DNA of 64,000 nucleotides. Source: Camelus dromedarius (Eukaryota). The stretch is from the NCBI RefSeq assembly GCF_036321535.1, contig NC_087436.1, forward strand, positions 65,784,001-65,848,000. The letters are read 5' to 3'. This document shows positions 12,982 through 24,582 of the stretch, one piece after another. How positions within the stretch are numbered: position 1 is the stretch's first letter; each line of letters begins with the position of its first letter. Below the pieces are notes generated by a model that was given only the letters and a program-made list of their open reading frames with translations, was not told the DNA's origin and searched no databases. Both the position numbers and the translations under genes were made by a program.

Positions 12982-15760
12982 ATTCTACCACTGGTTTCTG
13001 GTCACGGACTAGTTACAGCAAAACTATCATAAAAGTAAAAAGATACTGGCACATTACTAAAATCCAGTTCAGTCATTAATAATTAGTCCAGTCTATCATA
13101 TCATATAAAAGGCATCTCCTAGGGCAAGACCACTCAATTTTACAGGCTTCTATTTGATCTTGTCAGATTCTAAAAGTAGGATGGTCTCAGCAACATATGG
13201 CTTCACCTTTTCAGGAATCTGGTATAATTAAGCTCTAAGATGAAAGCTCTTGCTGAAGCCTCTTTTGAGGTGCTAACATTAGATTTCGCTTATTAAACAA
13301 CCCATTTATTCATTCCTTTGTCCCCAGCTACTCTTTCTTCTTCCCTCCATTAACAGTTAAACTTTTCCACCTTTAGGAAAAACATTCAGTTAGGCCACTG
13401 TGTTGGTCTAGATTTCAGGCAGCCATAATGATCCAGCAAGTATCCCCGCTTGAGTCCACTCCCGTTCACACAGGGTAGGTTACATAGGTGTACAACTGGT
13501 GGGATATCTTTACTGCCAGGCAATAATACTAAATTCACTGTTAACTCTAATTTTGTCAAATGTGGCAAAGGCACAATTTGCCCCATCAGGTCCTTAGGAA
13601 TTCTGACATAAAATTTAAAAATATAGTCACAGTTTCTTGTTTAGAAATCATCCCTGCTTCCAGTACTATTGTTGCAGCCCTGATTCTGACTTCTGCATCA
13701 AGCAGTGAAAAAAAAGTTAAGGTGATGTGAGGAAGGAAGAAAAAGTATAGTCTTTATACCAGCATCCCCCCAACTCTTGGCAAGACCTGCATAGTTATAC
13801 CAGCATCCTCCCCCAGATTCACTAGAAAAACAGAGAAATCTATCCATTGTGGACCCTCCCTTACTCTCTTCCATGTTGAATGGGAGCACACCCTTATGAA
13901 GGCATATACGCCAGTCCTTCATGGCCATCTCCCCCTGTTTTACATAGTCAATGTTTTAATTACCCATTTTAATTCTCTATCAAACTATTTATCTAAGGAG
14001 GGTATCTCTCTGCCCACTGATGGGCATTATGAGCTGTAAAATATGTTCCTTGGTCTGAATCAATGATGGCTGGCCAACCAAATTAGCACAGAAAATTCCA
14101 TTCTAGTTCTCTTGCAGTACTCTGAGCACCACTCCTTAAGCAAAGCTCAGCCCCAAGTTAGTGTCTATTCTTGTCAAGAACTGTTTATAGTCCCCTATGG
14201 CTACCAGCATCAGTCCCACTTGCCAGCTATGTTCAGGGTCTTTCCCACAGGAAATCTGTCACATAGCCATCTGCAATCTCTGTCTCTTTTGCTGAGAGAC
14301 AAACAGTTTTTACTGGTATTTTTGTGCCTCAGAAGGTGTGGCACAAGAAGAATGTGTCTATTCAGCCCATCTCTGCATTGCTGCAGTACCTGTAAGCTCA
14401 GTCATTTCATGGAACTAAGTGGCCACATTTAAGTGAGCCCATGGTGATATCTGCTGGTCAATGCCAATCACTCTCCGAGCCTGGAAGGGACTTATTCCAA
14501 TGAGTATCAGCGTGTCTTATATTACTGCACCCCTTACATTTCCATAGGGCTATGCCCCACACGGGCATTCCATTAACAGACCGGCTTCCCATTGCTTTTC
14601 TATTTGACCATGTGGCCAGGCAATTTGCCACTAACCAAATAGTGAGTAAAAACCCAAAGAAGGGGGCTTTTACCATTTTCAAATTCCTTCATCACTGCTA
14701 GGGTCACAGCATGCATTTCAGCCCACCAAGCTGATTTCTTTCCTTCTTTGTTCAGAATGGCATCCTTCATAACAGAATGTTGTCCATTTGCCTTGGAACT
14801 GCCATCCACAAACCAAGCAGCTATTTGTCAGTCAGTAGAGAACTGTTTACAGGGCACTATTCAACTGATGATATAATCCTGCAGCTACTCATTCAGTTCC
14901 AATGTTAGTCCTTAGGGAAAAATAGACTCCCCACTCCTGAGTGCCTCCTTCTTGCATTTCTCAAGTGGTGTGATTCTGTATAAACCATTTCCATTTCATT
15001 ATGTATCTTTACCGAGGACTGCCCTCCCCATTAGAGTGTTATTCTAAATCACCCAAAATATTATGGTATTTCAGGTTTCAATATTATTTTTAGTCTTTCA
15101 GTTATGAGAGTAGTTTCAATTAATGTCCAATAGCAAGCTATTAATTGACCCTCAAATGGAAATGCTCTAGTCCAAATTCCCAGAAGTTATTACTAACAGG
15201 TGCTCACAGAATTTTGCCATAAGCTCCATTCTGTGTTCCATACAAGACTATTATACAGAGAATTTGTCTGGACTGCATTCCAACTTCTATTCTACACTGT
15301 GTGGGTTTGGGCAATCTTATTTGTTTTCATTTAGCAGATCCAATTAATATTATTGAAGGACCAATCTACATACCTTATGTTTTATATTACCAGGTAGAAG
15401 AAATATTCCCCAGTCACATACAATGTCCATCTTCATAACATACTCAGGTAAAGGAGATACAATCATTTGATACAAAGCCTGTTCAATTGTACCAATTCTC
15501 TTCCAAACTCTCACCTTAATCCCATCAACATTTATGTTCCTAACTACAGCCTCCATTAGGACTTCATCAATAGGTTTTAATTTTATAATACTAGGTAGGG
15601 GGAGTGGTCACGAGTGGAATGTTTAAATATTCCAATTTTTAACATATTCCTAACAATCCTTACATTTTTATATACTTCCAATTTAGTTGTATCCCCCATT
15701 AAAGCTTTACAACAGGGTTTTGGTCACACAGAGCTTGGGGACTCTCACTTTATAGGATAT
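12982..15760 (-). mobile_element. ERVL-type internal region (MER21-int-like): decayed protease, RNase H, integrase and dUTPase remnants
   Basis: ORF 15350-15556 (IVSPLPEYVMKMDIVCDW) resembles ERV-L protease VISPVPECIIGIDILSSW. ORFs 14600-14809 and 14458-14682 (DGSS..., KSAWWAEMHAV, WLVANCLATWS...VWGIALW) resemble ERV-L RNase H. ORF 13386-13586 resembles the post-integrase dUTPase. Confidence 0.85.
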
Positions 15761-15765
15761 GAGGA

Positions 15766-16085
15766 TCACCTTTCCTCCAGTTTCCAATGATATTTCACAT
15801 TTCCACCTGAGACCTCACTGGAAACACCTTTAACATTCATATTTCTCTCAATATTCTGTTCTTGACAATATATGTATTCCCAAGGATGATAGAAACTTTC
15901 TTTACAGCTCTCTTTTCTTTCTGATTTCTCACCAGAATCTCCTTTAACATCTACCTTTCTACCAACAGTCTCTTCAAGGCAATCTGGGTTTTTTTCTATC
16001 ATGCACCTCAAAACTCTTCCAGCCTCTTTCCCTACCTAATTCCAAAGCCACTTCCTTCAGCAGCACCAGAATTTCCAATATTGAA
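15766..16085 (-). mobile_element. MaLR (MLT1) internal sequence, 5' part
   Basis: ORF 15766-16011 (DCLEETVGRKVDVKGDSGEKSE...NVKYHWK) is the MaLR gag-derived ORF remnant. It lies directly downstream of the MLT1 LTR. Confidence 0.8.
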
Positions 16086-16089
16086 ATTT

Positions 16090-16378
16090 ATGTTATTTAG
16101 GAACTGTTTCAGGCCTCTCTCCTTGGCTTATAGATCACAATATTCTTCCTGTGTTTCCTCACATTATATTTCCTCTATTTATATCTTTATCTCTGTCCAA
16201 ATTCCCCCTTTTTTATAAGAATAACAGTATTTTTGGATTAGGGCCAACTGTAATGACCTCATTTTAACTAATTACTCTATAAAGATCCACTTTCCAAATA
16301 AGGTGACATTTGGAAGTACTGGGCATTAGGACCTCAACATTATTGGGGGGTGGGTAACAAAGAATTTAACCTACTAAC
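16090..16378 (-). mobile_element. MLT1 (MLT1A/B/C-like) LTR, internally deleted
   Basis: ggattagggccaactgtaatgacctcattttaact...tttccaaataaggtgacatt...ttaggacctcaaca is the antisense MLT1 LTR 5' region. Confidence 0.85.
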
Positions 16379-19300
16379 CATAGCTTATTGAAAAATAGTT
16401 CATCATATTTAGTGACAATTTTATGAAAACAATACAAATTTACTTCTTTCCCTAAATCATAATTAAAATGGATGATTGTTGCATATTTACCATCAATATA
16501 CTTCCTAAATTACCAGATATTTCTATTCAGATATTTCACAACCATGAATTCTAACTCACATGTAGTACTATAAAGTTTTAAAGTATTGAGACATTTTCTA
16601 CCCAATTAGAATAGTCAAAATCCTGCACAGCCACTTTGGATCTTGCCACATGGCTAGAATGGCCACAACAAACAACAGAATCTTAGTCTGTGTTTCACAG
16701 TGATGTTATTCCTCTAGTCTTATTCCTTCCTCATACAGTTCACTCTCATCATATGGGAGCAGAAATATGAGGTTAATTGTGAGACTACATATGTGCAAGA
16801 CACAGTTGATCTCTGAGGCTAAAGGTCAGCCAGGCTCATATTTTACTTGAGTGGAAAAAACAGTTACTTTATATGGGTATTTCTCTAGGTGTTCTGACAT
16901 CACAAATACCATCACACATGACCAGTTTTTGTCTAAGAACCCACACTTACAGATCTTTAAGAACACACTGCAGACCTATGATAGTTTGGGAGGCTTTTTG
17001 TACAACAGTGACCATTAGTATTCCTTCAGCCTTTTGTGTCTGGGTTACAGGCAGACTTGCAGTAGCACCTAAACCCCTGGAGAAGTTATATTGATAAATG
17101 TGATGGCAAGAACATTAGGAAAATGAATTACTGTGAAACTCTGAAATTTACTCTGAAACAAGCTCTGACATTTTCTAAATCCAACCAAGAATATGATCCC
17201 ATCTACAACCACATGATGAGGATTCAGAGAATAGTGTATTAGCCAAATCTCCAGCTGTAGTTTCTCTGTAGTGTCTTATTTTTGTAGTGACATTACAGAC
17301 TTCTGATAAATCTATGGGAGCAAAAGTATAACCTCCTTCCCATATTCATGTGTAGGTACTTCCTTCAGATGCTAATATGATGCTGTATTTTGGACAACTG
17401 CTTTTCTCCTTTCAAATACCTCCCATGTTAGTTTCTTTTAAGGTCTGTAAAATTCTAAGTTTTCCCTAAGCTAAAGTCCCAGGCAGCTTTTGAACCAATT
17501 GGTCCACCTTACATGCTTTCTGCATGGCATAGTTTGAGGAAGCCTGAGGACAAAAGTATGCTGCCTAAAATCCTCCTTCAGTTTATTGGTATATTGTCAT
17601 TTGAGATGGGAATGATGAGTCCAAAGATCAGTAACTTGTAATTTTACTGTACTGTAGTATTAGTTGCTACCAGAATCTGATATGGTCCCTTTCATCTACG
17701 GTAAGTTGTTTTATTTTCTTCCTGGTGATGCTTCCACTAAATGAAATATCCAGGATCCAGGCTAAAACCCATGAAGATGTTCAGGAGGCTCTTTTTTTGA
17801 ATCTCAGATTTAACCTATTGATTATAAAGCTGAGTACTGTATAAGTCCTCTATCCTCTACAATATCTGACCATATCTTTTTGGAAGATGCTAGATTCAAG
17901 AATTATAAAACTGGCTCTTAATCCCATGAGTGTCTCAGTAACATACAGGAAGTATAGGGGATCAACAGCCATCAGAGTTAAAAGTAACACTTTAGTCCTT
18001 GAACTCAAATATAAATTTCCACCTGAGATAATAAGCCTACAATCACTGGAACATATCTGAATCTCTAGGATAGCAAAATTAAATAAATCCAAATGCAAAA
18101 TCTCAAAAGGCTTTTGAGGCTTAGGTTCTTGTCTCCAAGTAAAGTAGCAACCTTTCCAGATATCCTTCAGGATTATATATATATATTTTTCATCTCTAGG
18201 AAATGTACTCAAAATATCCTCAGATATTCATGTGATATTTCCCCACCATTGATGTTTTAGGTTACTTTTCAAGTAATCTTTGCTATAATGGCATGTAATA
18301 TTTTGCCAAATTCTACTTCAGGTAATTTGGTCTCTTCAGAGATGATCAACTTCTGGAGGTTCTGGTGTCTTAAGGGATAATCATAATTCTCAGAACATTC
18401 TGAATGTTACTATTAAAATTATTCCAACTCAAGATCGTTATTAGATGTCCATAAAAGCCTGGACAAAATCAATGGGGCAAATGGGTTTGGATTTCTTTGG
18501 GTAGCATTGAAGGATTTTGATTACTGTTCCCTGTTTAGCATAGTAGTCAGTCAAAAGTATTTCCTCTGGCTTCCAATGGTTGTTTCTTGGTATGTACGTT
18601 TATTGTAATCACAACTTTTCCAGTAGTAAGGGCTATATTATGAATCAATTCCTAAATCCAAATGCCATCCTTAAGGGATGAGGGACTTCCATTAGTAGTT
18701 AAAAACCTTCTCTGCTTCTATAACTCAAAATCATGTACCACTCCAAAGGCATGTCTTTTCTCACTGTAGATGTTGACCCTTTGGAGAGTTAACATATTCC
18801 AGTAAGAGCTATTAGCACAGCCATTTATGCTGATTTAATGTCTGGGAGACCACTGGATCTTTTAATCTATTGAAATCAGTAATACTGCATTTAGCCTGAT
18901 ATTATTCCTCCTTGTTTAATATAAAAATCATCTACAAAGAAAATCAAAATGAATTGTCAAACATCTTTTAAAATATCAGTTTAAGGTAAGTGAGCTCATG
19001 AATAGACAACTGACAGTCATCAGGCATTATTTCATCAGGAATGTCCATTAATGTGGCGAGATTTAAACTGTTGCATTAGAGCAGAATTATGTAAGATAGG
19101 GATAGTCTTCTAAATTATATGAGGTTAACAAATTGGCAGAAAAGAGGTTGTATATTATCAGAAGTAAAGTTTGGAGAGGGTAAGGCAATAATAAATTTAA
19201 ATCATTTCCCAGAATAAAATTGGCAGACTAAAATTCTACTATGTAGAAATGGCAACTGCCCAAAGAGAGTAGGCAAGACATGGATATAGCATCCCAAATT

Positions 19301-19505
19301 ACACTTTAATATGCTAAAGTCTATGATGTCACTTTGTTAGTGAATGGACAATAATAAAGCATATTCAAAATTTGTATGTACAAAGGACAGGATTTACAAT
19401 GAGCAGGAAGCCACAGAATGGCAAATAACGAAAAACTTTGTTTTTCCAGTGTCTCACATTTGGAAAGGCTATTTCAGAAAAATTGGTACCAGTTGATCAC
19501 TATAT

Positions 19506-20085
19506 TGTAGAAGAGGGAAAAAACCTTTTTCCTCCAGCTTCCTAGGTTTTCTGGTGGAGGCTTTGTCAGTTAGACTGACAAAAGGCAGATTAACAAGAGG
19601 AAAACAAATGGAAGTTTATTAACATATGCATCATATATACACATGGGAGCATTTAGGAGTGAGTAACTCAAGAGAGTTGGTTAAAATTTGGGCTTATGTA
19701 GCATTTTAGCAAAATAACAATAAAATTTTAGAGTAAAGACAAGAAAAAAGACGGAGTTCTGAGTGTAGCAAATTGTGGGAAGAGAAAACTACATGGGGGA
19801 AACTGATAGAAAACGAAGGCTGGTCAGTAAGATTTGTTACATAGATTTTTCTGGTGCCCTCTCTGAGACGATAAGGATCTAGAGATGTCTCTGGTGATTA
19901 ATTTCTGTCCTTCCTGGTAGTGAGGGGAGGAAGCATACCTTTACAAATGTATGTCCTGCTTTTACACAAATAGGAGGAGGGCAGAGAGCTTTTCTTGTAT
20001 CTGCTTTTTCTCAGTTGGCTTTAGCTCTGAATATTCAATCTGCCAAAGTGGCCTGTGTGGAGGCGGCATATTCTGCTGCTCTTCA
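19506..20085 (-). mobile_element. MER34A-like solo LTR
   Basis: The reverse complement runs TGAAGAGCAGCAGAATATGCC...GCCACTTTGGCA...GAGCTAAAGCCAACTGAGAAAAAGCAGATACAAGAAAAGCTCTCTG to ...CTTCTACA. It has TG...CA ends and an AATAAA at ~19615, and resembles MER34A. No clean TSD. Confidence 0.8.
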
Positions 20086-21024
20086 CTGTCCTATCATTTT
20101 CCAGACTCCCCAAATTCTCTCTTGGTGGTTGGCTAAGAGAATTTCTTAGTGACCTATAGACAGTTCACTGTTTCTTGCCTTGCAGACATCATACAGCAGA
20201 CAATGGACTGGAGATAAGTAAATTTGTAATTAATCTTTGGAGACACAGTGACCCTTTTCAGCAAGTTTTAAGATAAAGAGATTCTTCTACTAAAATGTCC
20301 TCAGCAGATGAACAAAGAATTAAATCATCCACTTTTTAAGAAAGTTGGTGCCTATCCCGAATGAAAGATAGTTCAAATACTTATACAGACACTGAGAAAA
20401 TCATGAAGGTGCTTTAGTACACCCCTGTGACACATCTATCCAAGTATATTGTTGATTTTTTTCAACCGAAAGCAAACAAATAAATACTGACTTTTTTAAC
20501 ACATGGCTACAGTAAATAAAGATGAATAGAGTACTAGAACAGTAAAATAAATAGTATCTGAAAAACATGGGCAAGAGTAATATTTAGATTGGTGACCAAC
20601 AGAAAATTAGATATAATGATCATATTTATGGCCCCAAGATCTTCAACAAAATTATTGCCTTGCCCATGAGATTTCTTAACTAGAAAAAAAAGGCCTATAT
20701 AAATTATGATCAAACTTCTCTGTACAGAGTTCTTTCTCTTACTGTTTTAGAGCGTATTAAGGGAGTTTAGACAACTGCTTTCTACTAATTGTTAAAGGTT
20801 TAGCACTGAGAATAGAAAATATGTCCTTATTCCAAGATCAAGAATTGTTCTGATACCTCAGCTAAAATTAGTTAAGGCAATCTAGAGTTTAGGAGATTAA
20901 ATCCAAAAAGCATTCAGTATTAAATCAGCCTCAGCTCCTCAAGATAGGAAGATGCAAGGAATCTCTGGTGTGCTCTAACCTCACTGAGGAACATGATCCA
21001 GGCATGGAGATAGTCTTCATCTCA

Positions 21025-21042
21025 GTCCAAGTCTTGGCACCA
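21025..21042 (-). promoter_or_regulatory. Retroviral primer-binding site, tRNA-His-like
   Basis: Minus strand TGGTGCCAAGACTTGGAC matches the His PBS TGGTGCCGTGACTCGGAT at 14/18, and two mismatches are CpG-type decay. It lies 5 nt downstream of the LTR end. Confidence 0.65.
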
Positions 21043-21047
21043 AGTTC

Positions 21048-21344
21048 TATAAAGGAACATTTGTTATGAGACTGCAACATGTGTTTGAACTTTATTCCCA
21101 AAGGACTGAAACTCAAGATGCAGCTTGGGAAGGGAACTGTTCTACTGGCTGCTGGAATGAAGGGCTTATATTGGATCATAAAGGACTTGGGGAGGTGAGA
21201 ACTTAAGTGCAGTCTTATATGTTCAAGGTCAGAGGGTATGTGTGGGTATGCATGTCCAGATGAGGGAGAATTCTCATACTGAATAGTAGCAGGAAGCAGT
21301 CTCCAGGCTGAAGATCAGTTTCTCTCATGTTTAATTGCGTTACA
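21048..21344 (-). mobile_element. 5' LTR of the ancient ERV1 provirus (family not identified)
   Basis: The minus strand starts TGTAAC, has a TATA-like AATATAAG (~21170) and AATAAA (~21091-21096), ends ...TTTATA (decayed TACA), and is followed by the PBS and pol. Confidence 0.7.
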
Positions 21345-22399
21345 ATACATGAGGAATTCTCCGGGGGCTTGGACAGCAAACATCAAAATTAAACATCTTA
21401 ATTTAAAAAATTATTCAGATAAAGATTTATTCATGAGGAATAGAATTTACCTGGAAATATGAGGTCTATAGTTTGATTTTTTTCAATTATCTAGAAACTG
21501 TCATCTCCCTCTTTGGACGATACATTTAAAAATTCAATGAATTTCATAAAGTATGGTGAAGTTCATACTGAAGAGGACTGAGGCATAGTTTTGCCTTTCA
21601 GATGTAATAAATTCAACTTACAACGAATGAATCAATTTGAGTATTGCTGTAAGCAGTTTACTAGCAATTCTGAAAATAATCTACCACCTGTTATGTAGTA
21701 TGTCAGATTAAAATATTCTTTCTGAAATTTGATGCAGCATACTATCAATATTATAAATGATGTGCTATAACTTTGAACACTTCTAAACCCACACATTAAT
21801 GTGCAATAGTGCACATAATATAACAATAAAACTTAGGCGATCACTGCATCACAATTTATTTTTATTTTTAATAAAGTAAATACCTTGTACTTATGTTTCT
21901 ATAGCAATCTTATTTTAATTGTAAAATGTATGAAGTATCCTAAATAATTACAATTAACATTTAGATTTTGCATTGTTTATGTACTTAATACCAAATTTCT
22001 CTCAAGACCTAATCACTCCTTACAGTGCCATTTCAAATGGTTTGTTGGATAATCAAATGATGTTTGCATCTCATTACTCCAGAGTCAACATTTTTAGAAA
22101 TTAAGTCTTCTAAAATTAAAAAAAAAAACCTTGGACTTTGAGAGAACCCTATTCAAGATAAGGAAATGTCTTCCAAATTGTCTTTCAAATCTCCAATATA
22201 TTTCCTTATAGTATTGGGGGTTTCACAATTCATCTTAACTAAATTTGAATAGCCTATGAACCTTATGTTTTATACTACTTTACGGTTTGCTTTATTATTC
22301 ACAAAAATCAGTTACAATATCTGATTGAATATTTTTGTTCACCCACAGTCCATTCTGAACAAAAAGTAAATGACATTATAGGGAGAAAAAGGTATGAAT

Positions 22400-23260
22400 G
22401 TTCAAAGACAAAGAAAATAGAAAAGACATCAGAAAAAAAGATCCCTGAATGACGAGTAGCAGTAAGAAGTATTAGACATAAGCTGAAAGATTGTGGTCTG
22501 CACATCTAGTTACCAAGAAGCAACTTAATTTACCCTAGAAAGTTAGGGAATTACAATGTTAGGTCTGATGAACATGACAATTTGGGTGGGGCTTTGTTAA
22601 AAGTCATAAAAAACAGTTTAAACATAGATCCACTTTCACATCCTGTACTGAGACAGTTGATTACGTTTCATGATCTCAAAAGACAGTAAATATATTGTCT
22701 GGAAAATGTGTGCATGAGAGTACATAGATCTAGGCACTGCCTGACTAGCTGTAGATTAGGATGCTGTAAGAAAATAGGAATTATATAAAAGCATGGATTC
22801 CCAAAAGGGAGTCCTCCGACTCCACCTAGCACTAAGAATGCTGCCTAGAATGCTGATAGCTTCTACTTCTCCACACTCCCCAGGGAGCAGGTTCAAAACT
22901 TCTTTCCTGAGGTATCTGAATAGCTCAAAATAAAGACCTATAAGCAGCAATATTGTAGAGTTTCCCAGTGAAATGACTGGACCTGGTCAAATCTCAGTAA
23001 TCCTAACATACCACCTAGTACCTTCCATGAGCACAGAATTTATGATCAGCTTTTAAGTGCTTTACTCTTAAATATGAAGAGGCAGCCAAGAATTACCATA
23101 TATTTGTGGAAAGGGTCTATAGTGATGATTTATGAGGGAAAATCATTAGCCAATTTAGGGCAAGAAAGGATATCTGAAGAACTGGATGAGACATTAAATT
23201 CCTTGGTTAGCGTACAGATGCATTTACTAGAAGAATTTACTAACATTCCAAGCCTTGTTA
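22400..23260 (+). mobile_element. Probable very old L1 5'UTR / ORF1 N-terminal remnant
   Basis: ORF 23074-23298 begins MKRQPRITIYLWK, reminiscent of old L1/HAL1 ORF1 starts. Weak similarity only. Confidence 0.3.
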
Positions 23261-23603
23261 ACAGTCATTTTAGATTGCTGATCAAGAATTCATGGTAAGA
23301 TTCAAGCTGAGTGATTTTCCTCTAGCCAAATCCGACTACTCGGCAGCAGGTCCCACCAGTTTACACATGGTTGGCAGTGAGATATTTTAAATATGATTAA
23401 TGGATAAGTCTCCCAGTTCATTATAGTTTAATTAAACTATACTCTCTGAATGTAGATTATATCGTAATATCTGTCTCATATTCACTATGGCTGTAGGTCT
23501 TTACATACTCAGTATTTTCAGTTATGCCTATTTATTTGCTCCTCATTAATGCAAAACTTATTTTCTCACACCTGCCTACCGTGTATTAGAGAGAAGAGTA
23601 GGA

Positions 23604-24041
23604 GCTATAGGTTGATTTACATCTCCCCAAAAGATATGTTTGAAGTCCTAACATCTGGTATCTGTGAATGTTCCCTTATTTGGAAATAGGGTCATCTTAA
23701 GGTGAAGTCATACTGGATTAGGGTGGGCACTTGAATTTAATGACTGGTGTCCTTATGAGAAACAAATGTAGAGATTCAAAGACAGGGAGAACATCATGTG
23801 TCCTTGGAAGCAGAGATTAGAATGATGTGTCTGCAAAACAAAGAATGTCAAGGATTGCATGAAACCATCAGGAACTAGGAAGAAGCAAAGAAATAGATTC
23901 CCTAGAGCCTTCATGAAGAGCCTGGACTTGTCACTTTGATTTTGGACTTCTAACCTCCAGAACTGTGAGAAAACAAATTTCTGTCATTTTAAACTGCCCT
24001 TTTTGTGGTACTTTGTTGTAGCAGTCCTAAGAAACTAATAG
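23604..24041 (+). mobile_element. MLT1C-like solo LTR
   Basis: ccccaaaagatatgtttgaagtcctaac...cttatttggaaatagggtc...ggaagcagagattagaatgatg...ttggacttctaacctccagaactgtgaga...gtggtactttgttgtagcagtcctaagaaactaata. Confidence 0.9.
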
Positions 24042-24354
24042 GCTTGAGTAAATCTAGTTTGCAGCAGTCAGTTTATTATGAATTCCATCTCAGTGTCAGT
24101 AGTTGCCAGAGTACGAATGTGGGCCCAAGATATATATTTTAGGCCCACCCTGTCTAAATTAGCCTTATTGACGTATTAGCTTTATTGTTTTGCTGTCCTG
24201 TCTCCTAACCACATACTTTAAGTTTTCTTTCTTTCCCTGATTTTTTCATCAAAGTGCAGGATTACAGAGATTTTTGCTTGTGCTGGTATTTCATCATCCC
24301 TTCTAAGGATATTTGTTTTCAATAATTTAAAGAGGTTTGAAAAACACTGTCTTT

Positions 24355-24582
24355 AAAACCACGGATTCTGGAATGATAATATCTTTGTGTATATTATAGC
24401 CCTGACAAATACTACTTGAGCAATTTACCTAGCTCTCCTAGCCCCAGTTTCATCACCTGTAAAATGAGATAAGAATAGCAACTAATTCATAGAATTGTAA
24501 GAATAAATGGGTTAATAATCCAAGTAAATAGCTTCAAACAACTCCAGGATACAAAATAAGTCAACAAAAATTAGCTGTTATT
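24355..24582 (+). mobile_element. MIR
   Basis: Core ccccagtttcatcacctgtaaaatgagataagaatag and tail ttagctgttatt. Confidence 0.8.

Larger units (their letters stand above)
16900..21047 (-). mobile_element. Ancient class I (ERV1) provirus internal region: short leader/gag remnant, decayed RT, RNase H and integrase, possible env remnant; interrupted by the LTR at 19506-20085
   Basis: Minus-strand translation shows RT motifs FVEDLGAIN (~20640), QQYTWIDVSQGCTKAPS (~20430) and KVDDLILCS...LAEKGHCVSKD (~20330-20230). Downstream are CNSLNLATL (~19060), RNase H VNIYSEKRHAFGVVHDF...KQRRFLT (~18750), integrase KPFEILHLD (~18100) and the C-terminal KGPYQILVATNT...WTHHSHLK (~17690-17600). Confidence 0.9.

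Noticed and set aside
19506..20085. MER34-like LTR as the 5' LTR of the pol region at 17.6-19.5 kb
   Set aside because: No PBS follows it, and RT motifs continue on its other side up to a different LTR and PBS at ~21.0 kb, so it is a secondary insertion.
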